In this document: positions 46,841 through 60,172 of the stretch, piece after piece
Layout: each line of letters opens with the position of its first letter
Numbering within the stretch: position 1 is the stretch's first letter
DNA from: Nitrospira sp.
GTDB lineage: Bacteria > Nitrospirota > Thermodesulfovibrionia > UBA6902
Length of the DNA: 64,000 bases
Assembly (NCBI GenBank): GCA_016784355.1
Contig: JADHUV010000006.1
Span: 28,372-92,371, forward strand
Reading direction: 5' to 3'
Position numbers and translations under genes: made by a program
Notes under the pieces: generated by a model
The model's database searches: none
Told to the model about the DNA's origin: nothing
The model's input: only the letters and a program-made list of their open reading frames with translations

Positions 46841-49477
46841 ATGAAGTCTTTTGAAAATATAAAACTGATCTATAAGCTTACAATTCCTATAATCGTAATT
46901 GTACTGGCAGTTTTTATATCTATCGTACCCTTTATCTTGAATATTGTGGATCAGTCTCTTAAAGAGCGGCTGCATGAAGAACTGGCACACCTGTCCGCTT
47001 TGACAGATATGCATTTTGATAATCAGAAGGATGAACTACGTAGAGATATGCAGATGCTTTCTGATATGCCGGCAATAAAAAGTGCCCTTGAGACAGAGGA
47101 TGCGGAAGAATTGATGCAGTATTTGCGAGAGATAAGGGTAGGTCTCAGGCTGGATTTTGTAGCGGCAATCAAGTCTGACCGGTCAGTGCTGCAATTTGTA
47201 GGGGAGGAGCGGAGTCTTTTAAATGAGGTTTTGCCAAAGAAATTTATTGACAGGGGCATGGGAGGTGAAAACTTCTCAACGGTCTCGATGCTTGACGGCA
47301 GGATTTATACGGTAGGGATCGCATCCGGAATGCTTGGTAATGGTGTTAATTTTATCCTGGCGGCAAGGGAGTTGTCGGCTCCTGTAATTCCCGGATCAGA
47401 GGCGTATCAGGAAAAACATAAGATACTTTTTTACGGTCTGGACGGCATGGCGATTACCCCTGTAAATGTTAATGTCGGCTCGCATATGTATGTAAGTCCA
47501 AGTATAGTTAAACAGATTGTATCTGGAGCAGCCTCTTATGTTGAGATGGTTCAGCATGATGAAGCTCCCTCTGATGGCGGTCATGCCGGTGATCATCAAG
47601 AAGATGAAGGACATGGAGACCATCATGGTAGCGGTGCAGACACCGCTCTTGATCATATGATGAGATATGCCCCTATATTCTCACATGGTGATATAGTTGC
47701 TATATATACAATCCATGCATCAATGAATAAATTTGTTATTGCCAGGAAAGAAATAGCCAGCACTATACTGGGTATCATGGGTATAGGTATATTGCTGATG
47801 ATTCTGACCGGATTTTTTACTTCTAGATGGGTATCACGACGTATTGAATCTCTTTTGAAAGGTACTCAGGCGATATCACAGGGGAATCTCGGGTATCAGC
47901 TTTCAGATTCCTATGATGATGAGATTGGCGAGCTCGCACAGTCATTTGATGAGATGTCAAGCCGTCTGGCTATGAGTCATTCATGGTGGTCCGACACTTT
48001 TAATTCGATGAGCGATGCCATCTCTATCCATGATACAAACGGCATTGTACTTCAGGCAAATCAGGCCCTTGTAGCGTTGCTGGGAGTGCCGATGGATATG
48101 ATTATCGGCAAAAAATGTCATGATATTTTCCATGGTACAGGTAAGTGTGTTTCTGGATGTCCGTGGCAGAAATGTATTCAGTCGGAGAGTTGTGAGGAAG
48201 AGGAGATGTACGACTCAGAAAATAACCGCTGGCTTGCATTTTCAGCCTCTCCTATATTTAATGATAAGAAGATAGACAGTATTATTCATGTGGTGAGAAA
48301 TATTACCGTAAGAAAGCAAAGTGAGTCATTGCTTCAGCTTCAGCTTAAGAGGCTTGATGTGGTTCATTCTATTGAGAAGGCAATTTCTTCCAGTCTTGAT
48401 CTTTCAAGTACTCTTGATCACCTGGTCAGTCAGGTAACCAGTCAGCTCGGAATAGATGCTGCGTCAGTGCTTATGATGAACGAATATAATAATACACTTG
48501 AGTACGTGGTGAGTAAGGGCTTGCGCTCCGGAGCTTTACGGCATACACGGCTTCCGATAGGTGAAGGATATGCTGGTCGTGCGGCCTCTTCCAAGCAGAT
48601 AATATCTGTGTCTGATCTAAGGGAAGCCCCTGGAGGTTTTACTGCATCAACTGAATTTGAGAAAGAGGGTTTTGTTACGTATTGCGCGGTTCCTCTAATA
48701 TCTAAGGGCGAACTGAAGGGGGTTATGGAACTCTTTCATCGATCTTCTTTGAATACGGATATTGACTGGTTGGATTTCCTGGATACAATTGCAGATCAGG
48801 CTGCAGGTGCTATCGATGTTGCTACGCTTTTCAATAAACTGCAACAGTCCAGAAATGAACTCATCCTTGCTTATGACAGTACGCTGATAGGCTGGTCAAG
48901 GGCCATGGACATGAGGGACAAGGAGACTGAAGGTCACTCCCGCAGAGTTACTGAATTGACAGTGAATATGGCGGTAGAATTTGGAATCCAGGACCACGAA
49001 CTTATGCACATCAGACGGGGTGCGCTACTGCATGATATAGGCAAGATAGGTATTCCGGACAGTATCCTGCTGAAGCCCAGTAAATTAACAGAAGATGAGT
49101 GGGTAATCATGAAACTTCATCCAAATTATGCATATGAGATGCTTAATGAGATTGAATATCTGCAACCCTGTCTGGATATACCGTACTGTCACCATGAAAA
49201 ATGGGATGGTACAGGCTATCCAAAAGGTCTTAAGGGTAAGGAAATACCTCTCTCAGCCAGAATATTTGCGGTTGTAGACGTCTGGGATGCCTTATCCTCC
49301 GACAGACCGTACCGCCTGGCCTGGTCTCGCGAAAAGGTCATTGAGCATATAACATCCATATCGGGAACACATTTTGATCCGGATGTCATAGAGGTATTTC
49401 TAAGACTGATCGATCAAGATTATCCTGTCGGAAAATCTGAGATCAGAAAAGCAGATAATGCAATTATAAGTTCATAA
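46841..49477 (+). CDS. Membrane sensor with periplasmic domain, HAMP, PAS, GAF and HD-GYP phosphodiesterase domains
   Basis: Two TM helices (aa 12-33 and 308-330). HAMP 'LAQSFDEMSSRL'. 'HDIGKIGIP' and 'HHEKWDGTGYP' HD-GYP signatures. His-rich periplasmic stretch. Cys-rich PAS. Confidence 0.85.
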   Translation: MKSFENIKLIYKLTIPIIVIVLAVFISIVPFILNIVDQSLKERLHEELAHLSALTDMHFDNQKDELRRDMQMLSDMPAIKSALETEDAEELMQYLREIRVGLRLDFVAAIKSDRSVLQFVGEERSLLNEVLPKKFIDRGMGGENFSTVSMLDGRIYTVGIASGMLGNGVNFILAARELSAPVIPGSEAYQEKHKILFYGLDGMAITPVNVNVGSHMYVSPSIVKQIVSGAASYVEMVQHDEAPSDGGHAGDHQEDEGHGDHHGSGADTALDHMMRYAPIFSHGDIVAIYTIHASMNKFVIARKEIASTILGIMGIGILLMILTGFFTSRWVSRRIESLLKGTQAISQGNLGYQLSDSYDDEIGELAQSFDEMSSRLAMSHSWWSDTFNSMSDAISIHDTNGIVLQANQALVALLGVPMDMIIGKKCHDIFHGTGKCVSGCPWQKCIQSESCEEEEMYDSENNRWLAFSASPIFNDKKIDSIIHVVRNITVRKQSESLLQLQLKRLDVVHSIEKAISSSLDLSSTLDHLVSQVTSQLGIDAASVLMMNEYNNTLEYVVSKGLRSGALRHTRLPIGEGYAGRAASSKQIISVSDLREAPGGFTASTEFEKEGFVTYCAVPLISKGELKGVMELFHRSSLNTDIDWLDFLDTIADQAAGAIDVATLFNKLQQSRNELILAYDSTLIGWSRAMDMRDKETEGHSRRVTELTVNMAVEFGIQDHELMHIRRGALLHDIGKIGIPDSILLKPSKLTEDEWVIMKLHPNYAYEMLNEIEYLQPCLDIPYCHHEKWDGTGYPKGLKGKEIPLSARIFAVVDVWDALSSDRPYRLAWSREKVIEHITSISGTHFDPDVIEVFLRLIDQDYPVGKSEIRKADNAIISS

Positions 49478-49485
49478 ACTGCGGT

Positions 49486-49815
49486 TTAACCGCAGGATGA
49501 TCCGCATCCGCCGCCGTCTCCGCAGGAAGGTGCATCACCACCGGTTACTACAAACCCCTGTTTTTCGCCATCGTCGATAAAATTGATTTCCATTCCGCTG
49601 AGCTTCTCAAACGTGTCTTTGTCAAAAAAGAACTTTGCACCGTTTTTCTCGATAGTTTCATCACCATCTGTAGGATTTTCAGCGAGATCTATACCATAAG
49701 ATGGGCCGCAGCAACTGCTGCCAGCTGTAAAAAATCTGAGGCCCCATCCGGTTTTTCCTTCTGTTTCAAGAATTTCAATGCTCTTTGATGCTGCTGCGTC
49801 TGATACTGTTACCAT
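49486..49815 (-). CDS. HesB/IscA-like iron-sulfur cluster insertion protein with an unusual Gly/Cys-rich C-terminus
   Basis: Start at ATG 49815 (AGGAGG 7 nt upstream), not the longer ORF. '...GLRFFTAGSSCCGPSYGIDL...' IscA fold. Tail 'SCGDGGGCGSSCG'. Confidence 0.55.
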   Translation of the reverse strand: MVTVSDAAASKSIEILETEGKTGWGLRFFTAGSSCCGPSYGIDLAENPTDGDETIEKNGAKFFFDKDTFEKLSGMEINFIDDGEKQGFVVTGGDAPSCGDGGGCGSSCG

Positions 49816-50051
49816 GGTAAATCCTCCTGTGAATAGTTCAGGCAAACCCTGAAACCTTTTATCCAATAGCCTATATGAAATAATGGTTAAAAAGCAAATG
49901 CATAAGTTTTTTGCATTCTCTCTGACGGCTCTCTGTACTCTGACACAAAAGCTATAAATTTCATTTCTGGTTTTAGTGAACTATTTACAATCATTCGTAA
50001 TAAATATACAATTATTGTCATGAAATATATTGTTTTACGGGATATAGCAGA

Positions 50052-51122
50052 ATGATCGACAAGGGCAGCAGGATTATGGTTGTTGATGACGATCCATATG
50101 TTTTAGATGCAGTAAGCGGGGTTCTGACCGCTAATGGATATTCTGTATTATCTTATAACCATCCAGAGGAGTCTCTTGCGCAGTTGAAGGTGGACAGTGT
50201 TGATCTTGTGCTGACTGATATCCGGATGCCTAAGGTATCAGGGCTTGAACTGCTGGAACGAATCCATCGTATTGACAGGCATCTTCCGGTAATATTGATG
50301 ACCGCATATGCAGATCTTGATGTAGCGGTTGATGCAATTAGTCGTGGGGCTTTTGATTTTATCATAAAGCCGTATCATCCTGAGTATCTTCTGCACTCTG
50401 TCGGCAAGGCCCTTCAGCATAAGAATTACCTAAAGCTGAAGGAGAATTATAAGCTCTATCTTGAAGACATGGTAACCAAGCGTACCCGGGAGCTTGAGAC
50501 CTCAAAAATGGAGGCTGATAGTCTTACAGACGAACTTATAGGAAAATTGACCTCTGTAGCGGAGTTCAGGGATACAGAGGCGGGGGTGCATGTTAAACGG
50601 ATAGGTATCTTTGCAGGTATGATCGCTGGGAAAATGGGTTTGCCTGCTGCTTTTGTAAACAATATTACTAAGGCCAGTCCGCTGCATGATATAGGTAAGC
50701 TTGGCATAACGGACTATATTCTTTTTAAGTTGGGACCTCTTACGCCGGAGGAATTGGAAGTTATCAAGACTCATACTACTCAGGGTGAAAGGATTCTGCG
50801 TGGTTCATCCTCAGCCATAATGAAGTTTGCACAGAGCATAGCTTTGAGTCACCATGAGCGTTGGGACGGTACCGGCTACCCGTCAGGGCTGAAGGGAGTT
50901 GAAATTCCCCTTGAAGGAAGGATCGTCAATATCGTTGACCAGTATGATGCCCTGCGTAGTGAAAGGCCCTACAAATCTGCATTCAGCCATAAAGAGGTAC
51001 TTAATATAATATCTGTGGGTGACGGCAGAACTATGCCGTCTCATTTTGATCCGGAAGTTCTTGAGGTGTTTATGGCAGCTGAATCGGAATTTGCAGAGGT
51101 AATAAAGTCAGAATCAGTATGA
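50052..51122 (+). CDS. Response regulator with HD-GYP c-di-GMP phosphodiesterase domain
   Basis: Receiver 'IMVVDDDPYVL...DLVLTDIRMPKVSG'. 'HDIGKLGIT' and 'HHERWDGTGYP' HD-GYP signatures. Confidence 0.85.
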   Translation: MIDKGSRIMVVDDDPYVLDAVSGVLTANGYSVLSYNHPEESLAQLKVDSVDLVLTDIRMPKVSGLELLERIHRIDRHLPVILMTAYADLDVAVDAISRGAFDFIIKPYHPEYLLHSVGKALQHKNYLKLKENYKLYLEDMVTKRTRELETSKMEADSLTDELIGKLTSVAEFRDTEAGVHVKRIGIFAGMIAGKMGLPAAFVNNITKASPLHDIGKLGITDYILFKLGPLTPEELEVIKTHTTQGERILRGSSSAIMKFAQSIALSHHERWDGTGYPSGLKGVEIPLEGRIVNIVDQYDALRSERPYKSAFSHKEVLNIISVGDGRTMPSHFDPEVLEVFMAAESEFAEVIKSESV

Positions 51123-51199
51123 GCATCGCATAGTAAAATAATAATCGGGTAAGGTCTGTCAGATCTTTTTATAAATTCAATATACAGGAATCTAAAAAA

Positions 51200-52969
51200 A
51201 TGATAACAACAAATAAGCCATATGTTATAACCAGGGGAAAGGTCATTATAGACTATTCCGCAGCCTATTGCGAGAATACAGAAAAGCTCCTTCGTAGTGA
51301 ACTTTTTCGGGAGATTGTGGATCGTTTTATAGAACGCATAGCCTCACGTGGTAATTCTCAATTTGCATTTTTTAAAGAAGCAATGCCAGAGCTGCAGCAC
51401 GATAAACTGACCGATTATCTCGTTAACCTGTTTAGGCTTCTGTCTGCTAACAGGGCTGATGAAATTGTTCATATGAACAGTGAGTTTGAGACGGTGCTGG
51501 CCGATCAGGATAATCTGCTGGATCTTATTGAGCAGTTATATAATTTTTGGAGAAGGTTTGAACGTTTTATATATGTGGAAGCTCCGAAGAGGGAGGGTTC
51601 TGTCAAGAGTGATATCCACCATGCGCAGTTTATAAAGGCGAATGATGAACTTAAAAATCTTGTGCTGGATCTATATCGGCTGGTCAGTGCAAATCTTACC
51701 GGCCATAGTCCCAGGGTCTATCGACAGCTCCCGGCAGGGGCGAATATGGGAATGCTGGTTGAAAAGTCTGACTGGGATTGTCCTGGCGAGTACGATATAC
51801 TGAAAGAGGTGCCTTTCATACGTATTTCCCTAGTTGAGCCTCCATTGATACTGTACCCCGAGATGAATACCCGCGTTGGAGAGTTTAAAGAAATTCAGAG
51901 TGTTACTGCAGAGATGATTCAACTTAATCCATCTAACTGGTTCTGTTTTCCTGCCAAGGTTGGTGAATTGACCGCCTTTATGTACTTTCATCAGGATTTT
52001 ATTTCGCTCGGATTGTCTCTTATTAATCTGTTTGAGACCGCGGACTATGACGAAATCAGCGGAGCAAAGCCGGACATAATACTGCTTTTCGGTCTTCAGA
52101 ATGAGTTGCCTTCTGACACTGTTTTTTATGAAGACAGCGTAAATGGAATACTGATGGGACTTATAAAACATTCTGGTAAATCTGATTACTTTGGATATCT
52201 GAAAAAGATGACTCTTACGCTTCACAATATAGCCATGCTGAAAAGGGACAGGCTGCCGCTGCATGGTGCTATGGTATGTGTGAAGCTTAAGGACGGGGGA
52301 ACTGCCAATGTCGTTATTGTCGGGGATAGCGGGGCTGGAAAATCTGAGACAATCGAGGCCTTCAGGGTTTCTTCTGAAGAGCATATATGTGAGATGACAA
52401 TCATATTTGATGATATGGGTTCTCTTGGTAAAGATAAAGAAGGTAAGATTCTGGGCTACGGCACAGAGATAGGGGCATTTGTCAGACTTGATGACCTTCA
52501 GCAGGGTTATGCGTATGAGGAAATGGATCGGAGTATTTTTATGAACCCGGACAAGGTGAATTCACGTCTGATTATTCCGATAACGCGTTATCATCATTTG
52601 ATTAAGGGATATCCTGTGGACATAATACTTTATGCAAATAATTATGAGCAGATTGATGAAGAACATCCTGCCATCGAGTTTTTTACTGATGAATCTGAGG
52701 CCATATCCGTTTTTCGAAGTGGAGCGAGGTATGCCAAAGGGACGACGGATGAAAAAGGTCTTGTACATACTTATTTTGCTAATCCCTTTGGTGCGCCCCA
52801 GCGTAAGGATGATCATGAAAAAATAGCTTTGTCATATTTCAACAGTATGTTTAAGAGCGGTATTAAGGTTGGCCAGATACGTACAAGACTGGGTATAAGC
52901 GGGTATGAGCAGAGTGGCCCACGCACAGCTTCCATAGAGCTTTTCAAGATCATTAAGTCTGGCAGCTGA
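51200..52969 (+). CDS. Uncharacterised 589-aa protein with a C-terminal HprK/P-like P-loop kinase domain
   Basis: 'LHGAMVCVKLKDGGTANVVIVGDSGAGKSETIEAF...IIFDDMG' matches the HPr kinase C-domain Walker A region (G.SG.GKSE). The N-terminal 370 aa have no recognisable family. Confidence 0.5.
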   Translation: MITTNKPYVITRGKVIIDYSAAYCENTEKLLRSELFREIVDRFIERIASRGNSQFAFFKEAMPELQHDKLTDYLVNLFRLLSANRADEIVHMNSEFETVLADQDNLLDLIEQLYNFWRRFERFIYVEAPKREGSVKSDIHHAQFIKANDELKNLVLDLYRLVSANLTGHSPRVYRQLPAGANMGMLVEKSDWDCPGEYDILKEVPFIRISLVEPPLILYPEMNTRVGEFKEIQSVTAEMIQLNPSNWFCFPAKVGELTAFMYFHQDFISLGLSLINLFETADYDEISGAKPDIILLFGLQNELPSDTVFYEDSVNGILMGLIKHSGKSDYFGYLKKMTLTLHNIAMLKRDRLPLHGAMVCVKLKDGGTANVVIVGDSGAGKSETIEAFRVSSEEHICEMTIIFDDMGSLGKDKEGKILGYGTEIGAFVRLDDLQQGYAYEEMDRSIFMNPDKVNSRLIIPITRYHHLIKGYPVDIILYANNYEQIDEEHPAIEFFTDESEAISVFRSGARYAKGTTDEKGLVHTYFANPFGAPQRKDDHEKIALSYFNSMFKSGIKVGQIRTRLGISGYEQSGPRTASIELFKIIKSGS

Positions 52970-53030
52970 ACATTATCTGTTCATATAGCTGCATACTCAT
53001 TGTACGCCATGAAATGGTAGAATCCTTACT

Positions 53031-56372
<3,342 letters not shown>

Positions 56373-56450
56373 AATTGTTGAAATAAGTAAAAAAGAAACA
56401 GGAATTTAGTGCGCTAAATTTAATATAATATCGGGCAGGAGGATACTTAA

Positions 56451-57005
56451 ATGATAAACATCAGATTTTTTACAACGATAATACTTGCAGGTTCTTTGTT
56501 CACTCTTACAGCCTGCAGTACCCAGCCTGAGTCCAGGAGTCCAAAAAAAGAAGCTGAGTCCAGACGGTTATCCGGTCCGATTATTGATACGGATCTGAGT
56601 AGTCAGTCGCAGCATTTTGTGATACCTGAAGATGACCCCAAGGCCCTTGCCAATCTTGCAGAGCAGTATTTTGGGAATAAGAGGTTTAAGGAAGCCGTAG
56701 ATACTTATCTGAAAATACTGAAGCTTACCCCTGATAATGTGGATATATATAATGATCTCGGCCTTGCCTATTTTTATCTTGGACAGCAGGAAAAATCAGT
56801 AGAGGCCCTTGAAAAGGGTACCGCGGTTATGCCGGGCTACCAGCGAATATGGCTTAGCCTTGGTTTTGTACAGCTGGCATCCGGTGATAAGAAAAAGGCT
56901 GAAATTGCACTGAGTCAGGCAGTTGAGCTGGATTCTAGCAGTAAAATAGGTCAGGAGGCGCAAAGGATGCTGGGGCTGGCTAAAGAAATGCCGGATGCAG
57001 GATAA
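56451..57005 (+). CDS. TPR-repeat lipoprotein
   Basis: Lipobox 'LTACS'. Three TPR-like repeats (AEQYF.., IYNDLGLAYFYLGQ.., WLSLGFVQLASGD..). Confidence 0.75.
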   Translation: MINIRFFTTIILAGSLFTLTACSTQPESRSPKKEAESRRLSGPIIDTDLSSQSQHFVIPEDDPKALANLAEQYFGNKRFKEAVDTYLKILKLTPDNVDIYNDLGLAYFYLGQQEKSVEALEKGTAVMPGYQRIWLSLGFVQLASGDKKKAEIALSQAVELDSSSKIGQEAQRMLGLAKEMPDAG

Positions 57006-57534
57006 AGGCATTTCAGTCTTCCTGTAATGTTCAGCGAGTTATCTGCTGATATGAAACATGCTTATCTGGAGCCGGAATATTCTACAGCGAAATATTCTTC
57101 ATATTCCCTGTAATACTCTTGAAGTTCAGTAATGCTGCTGACACCGAGCTTTTTCAGCTGTTCCATGACCTCGCCATCTGATAGAGTCGTAATCTTATTC
57201 TCCATAGGTTTTATTATGCAAGTTACATGCCGGTTTTAGCTGATAGTTCATATGGCCGGATATTTTGTTTGAATATTTCTTAACAGTCTGATTTTAAAAG
57301 GTAATTTGTGAGTTTATAGAATTCTAAAAATGCAGGATCTGAAATGAGGAGAAAATTTTACCCTTAATGATGCATTTTTTAATCATTTAGTGATGTTGTA
57401 ATGCGACACTCTGGTGTTATTCCCAAGGCTCTGATAGGTAGTGAAATTGACTTTTACTGTCATGTTTTAGTATAAAACCTAGGTCGTTTCATCAGTTTTC
57501 CCAATTTTAAATAAATATAGAGAGGTTGCAGACT

Positions 57535-59448
57535 ATGAGTAAGACGAATCTGGAGTTTAAGACAGAAGTAAAGCAATTGCTGGATCTTATGATTCATTCG
57601 CTGTATTCGCATAAGGAAATATTCATTCGCGAGATTGTATCAAATGCCTCTGATGCCATAGATAAGGCAAGGTATGAGTCTCTCACTAATTCAGCTTTGC
57701 TGGAGGGAGATAAGGACTGGAAGATAAAAATAACAACAGACATCGAGGCCGGTACTATAACAATCAGCGACAACGGTATCGGCATGACAAGGGACGAGAT
57801 AGTTAGTTCCCTTGGTACGATTGCCCATTCAGGCACCAAGGAGTTTTTGGCCGCGCTTCAGACTAAAGAGGTCAAGGAAAACCCCGAGCTTATTGGACAG
57901 TTTGGTGTAGGTTTTTATTCTTCATTCATGGTGGCTGATAAGGTCACGGTCTTAACCCGTAAGGCAGGCACCGAGAAGTCTTCTGCCACTAAGTGGGAGT
58001 CTGCGGCAGACGGTTTTTATACTGTTGAGGACGCTGAAAAAGAGGGCAAGGGCACGGACGTTACCCTGCATCTGAAAGAGGATGAAAAAACTTATCTTAA
58101 GGAATGGGAGATAAAGAGTGTTGTCACAAAGTATTCTGATTACATAGAACACCCTATTGTGATGGACGTAGAGCGGGAAAAGGACAGTGAGATTAAGGAT
58201 GGTGAGAAGGTTAAGGTTATTGAAGAGGAAACCTTGAACTCTCAGAAGGCTATCTGGCTGAAGGATAAGTCTGATATCAAGAAAGAGGAGTATAACGAGT
58301 TTTACAAACATATATCACATGATTATACTGACCCGGCACAGGTAATACACTTTAAGGCAGAGGGCACCTCAGAGTTCAGCGCGCTTCTCTATGTCCCGAG
58401 CAATGTGCCTATGGATATCTTTTATAAAGAATATAAAATGGGGCCGACCCTGTATGTCAGGAGAGTTCAGATCATGGATCATTGTGAACAGCTCATCCCG
58501 AGATATCTTCGTTTTATCAAGGGAGTAGTTGATTCTTCGGATCTTCCCCTTAATGTCTCTCGTGAGATTCTGCAGTCTAATCGTCAGGTAGATATTATTA
58601 ACAAGAGCATCACCAAGAAGGTTCTCGGTACGCTCACTGATATGAAAAAGAATGACAGCGAAGGATACCTGAAGTTTTACAAGGAATTTGGAAAGATCCT
58701 GAAAGAAGGTATTCACTTTGATGCCGGCAGGCAGGAGGCCATATCTGAGCTTCTGTTTTTTCAGTCCATAAATAAGGCAGATGGTGCTTATATCTCTTTG
58801 CAGCAATACGTTGATGCTATGCCTGAAGGACAGGAAGATATTTATTATATAACCGGAACTTCTTATGATCAGGTGAAGACCTCCCCTTATTTGGAGGCCT
58901 TTAAAGAGAAGGGTTACAATGTTCTTGTTATGCTGGATGAGGTTGATGACTTTATCGTAGGCGGTCTGCAGTACAAGGAGAAAAAATTTAAGTCTGCGAC
59001 TAAAGGCGATATAACCCTTGATAAGGGCAATGAGACTGAAAAGAAAGAGGCAGAGGAAAAATATCAGGCCCTTATAGAGCTCATCAAGGATCAGCTTAAG
59101 GAAGAAGTAAAGGATGTACGTCTTTCAGGAAGACTGAAGGATACGGCCTGCTGTCTTGTAGGCGATGAGGGTGATCTTGATCCTCAGATGGAAAAGATGT
59201 TTAAGGCCATGGGGCAGAATGTTCCTGTGAACAAGAGAATTCTGGAAATCAATGCCGCGCATCCGATATTTAATTCCATGAAGAATTTGTTTGAAAAAGA
59301 GAAAAACAGCGCTTCCTTGAAGGAATATATCACGCTTTTATATGATCAGGCACTATTGCTTGAGGGGTCAAAAATAAAAGACCCTGCTGCCTTTGCCAGT
59401 GCGGTTACACGGCTTATGGTAAGAGAGGTAGATAAAGCTGCGGGATAG
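57535..59448 (+). CDS. htpG: Molecular chaperone HtpG (Hsp90)
   Basis: 'EVKQLLDLMIHSLYSHKEIFIREIVSNASDAIDKAR' GHKL N-domain. Start at ATG 57535 with AGAGG 9 nt upstream; the track's 57526 start is a TTG. Confidence 0.95.
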   Translation: MSKTNLEFKTEVKQLLDLMIHSLYSHKEIFIREIVSNASDAIDKARYESLTNSALLEGDKDWKIKITTDIEAGTITISDNGIGMTRDEIVSSLGTIAHSGTKEFLAALQTKEVKENPELIGQFGVGFYSSFMVADKVTVLTRKAGTEKSSATKWESAADGFYTVEDAEKEGKGTDVTLHLKEDEKTYLKEWEIKSVVTKYSDYIEHPIVMDVEREKDSEIKDGEKVKVIEEETLNSQKAIWLKDKSDIKKEEYNEFYKHISHDYTDPAQVIHFKAEGTSEFSALLYVPSNVPMDIFYKEYKMGPTLYVRRVQIMDHCEQLIPRYLRFIKGVVDSSDLPLNVSREILQSNRQVDIINKSITKKVLGTLTDMKKNDSEGYLKFYKEFGKILKEGIHFDAGRQEAISELLFFQSINKADGAYISLQQYVDAMPEGQEDIYYITGTSYDQVKTSPYLEAFKEKGYNVLVMLDEVDDFIVGGLQYKEKKFKSATKGDITLDKGNETEKKEAEEKYQALIELIKDQLKEEVKDVRLSGRLKDTACCLVGDEGDLDPQMEKMFKAMGQNVPVNKRILEINAAHPIFNSMKNLFEKEKNSASLKEYITLLYDQALLLEGSKIKDPAAFASAVTRLMVREVDKAAG

Positions 59449-59470
59449 TCTTTAACTCGTTTTAATAATG

Positions 59471-59508
59471 GCGCAGAGGAGGCAGTAATGCTTTCTCTGC
59501 GTTTTTTA
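59471..59508 (+). terminator. Probable rho-independent terminator
   Basis: Stem CGCAGAG...CTCTGCG with a 16-nt loop, followed by TTTTTTATTT. Confidence 0.55.
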
Positions 59509-59593
59509 TTTATGGCTGTCAGGGATATTGATTATCGAAAAGCTGGATCTTACGGTCAAGCCGAAAGATGACTGGTAGTACAGTATGCGGGAT

Positions 59594-60154
59594 CTAAGAA
59601 ATCGTTTTTATCTTTTCAAGAAACTTCTCTCCGAAAACATCACATATAATGGCTTCAATATTCGGGTGGATGGAACTATTATCTGAACGTGGTGAGTTGC
59701 AGGGGAACTCAAAGGCATCCTCGGTGATAGACAGAAGTACCGGTTTTTCATCAGTAATAGCAAGTGGCCAGGTCACGCATGAACGGGGTTTTACCTCAAT
59801 GGGAGGCAGGCCTGAATTCAGGGCGATAGTGTGCAGTGAACAGAAGAATTCGTTTTTTCCCCCTGAATAAGTGAAACAGCAGAAGTCCTGGTCATCCATA
59901 TCAATCGTCAGCAGATCATCCTCTGTTTCGGTGAAAATATTGGCGTATCCGGAGCCTTCTTTAAGGTCAGGTGCATATTCTGAGGCCTCGGGCATGTAGC
60001 TTATGATCTTTTGAAGTTCATCAGGGTCAATGCATATCTCATAGCGGGAGCAACAGCACTGGTCTTTTTTGCAAAGGCCGGGTTGGCAGGTATGATCGAT
60101 GGAGCGCAGGGCCTCAATATCTATCTCAATATTGTCTATGTTGATATATTGCAT
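59594..60154 (-). CDS. Cysteine-rich hypothetical protein, possibly a DUF3109-like metal-binding family
   Basis: 'HTCQPGLCKKDQCCCS' Cys cluster plus further conserved-looking Cys residues. Last gene of the flotillin operon. Confidence 0.5.
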   Translation of the reverse strand: MQYINIDNIEIDIEALRSIDHTCQPGLCKKDQCCCSRYEICIDPDELQKIISYMPEASEYAPDLKEGSGYANIFTETEDDLLTIDMDDQDFCCFTYSGGKNEFFCSLHTIALNSGLPPIEVKPRSCVTWPLAITDEKPVLLSITEDAFEFPCNSPRSDNSSIHPNIEAIICDVFGEKFLEKIKTIS

Positions 60155-60172
60155 TGGCGGTGAATATTTTCA

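Noticed and set aside
57062-57205. 47-aa minus-strand ORF (MENKITTLSDGEVMEQLKKLGVSS...) in the htpG upstream region
   Set aside because: There is no Shine-Dalgarno sequence and I see no conservation clue. It is possibly real but unsupported.
57447-57476. TTGACT-N18-TATAAA sigma-70-like promoter for htpG; a sigma-32 consensus was also sought
   Set aside because: No convincing CTTGAAA/CCCCAT sigma-32 element was found. The sigma-70-like match is plausible but has weak spacing. It is left unannotated.
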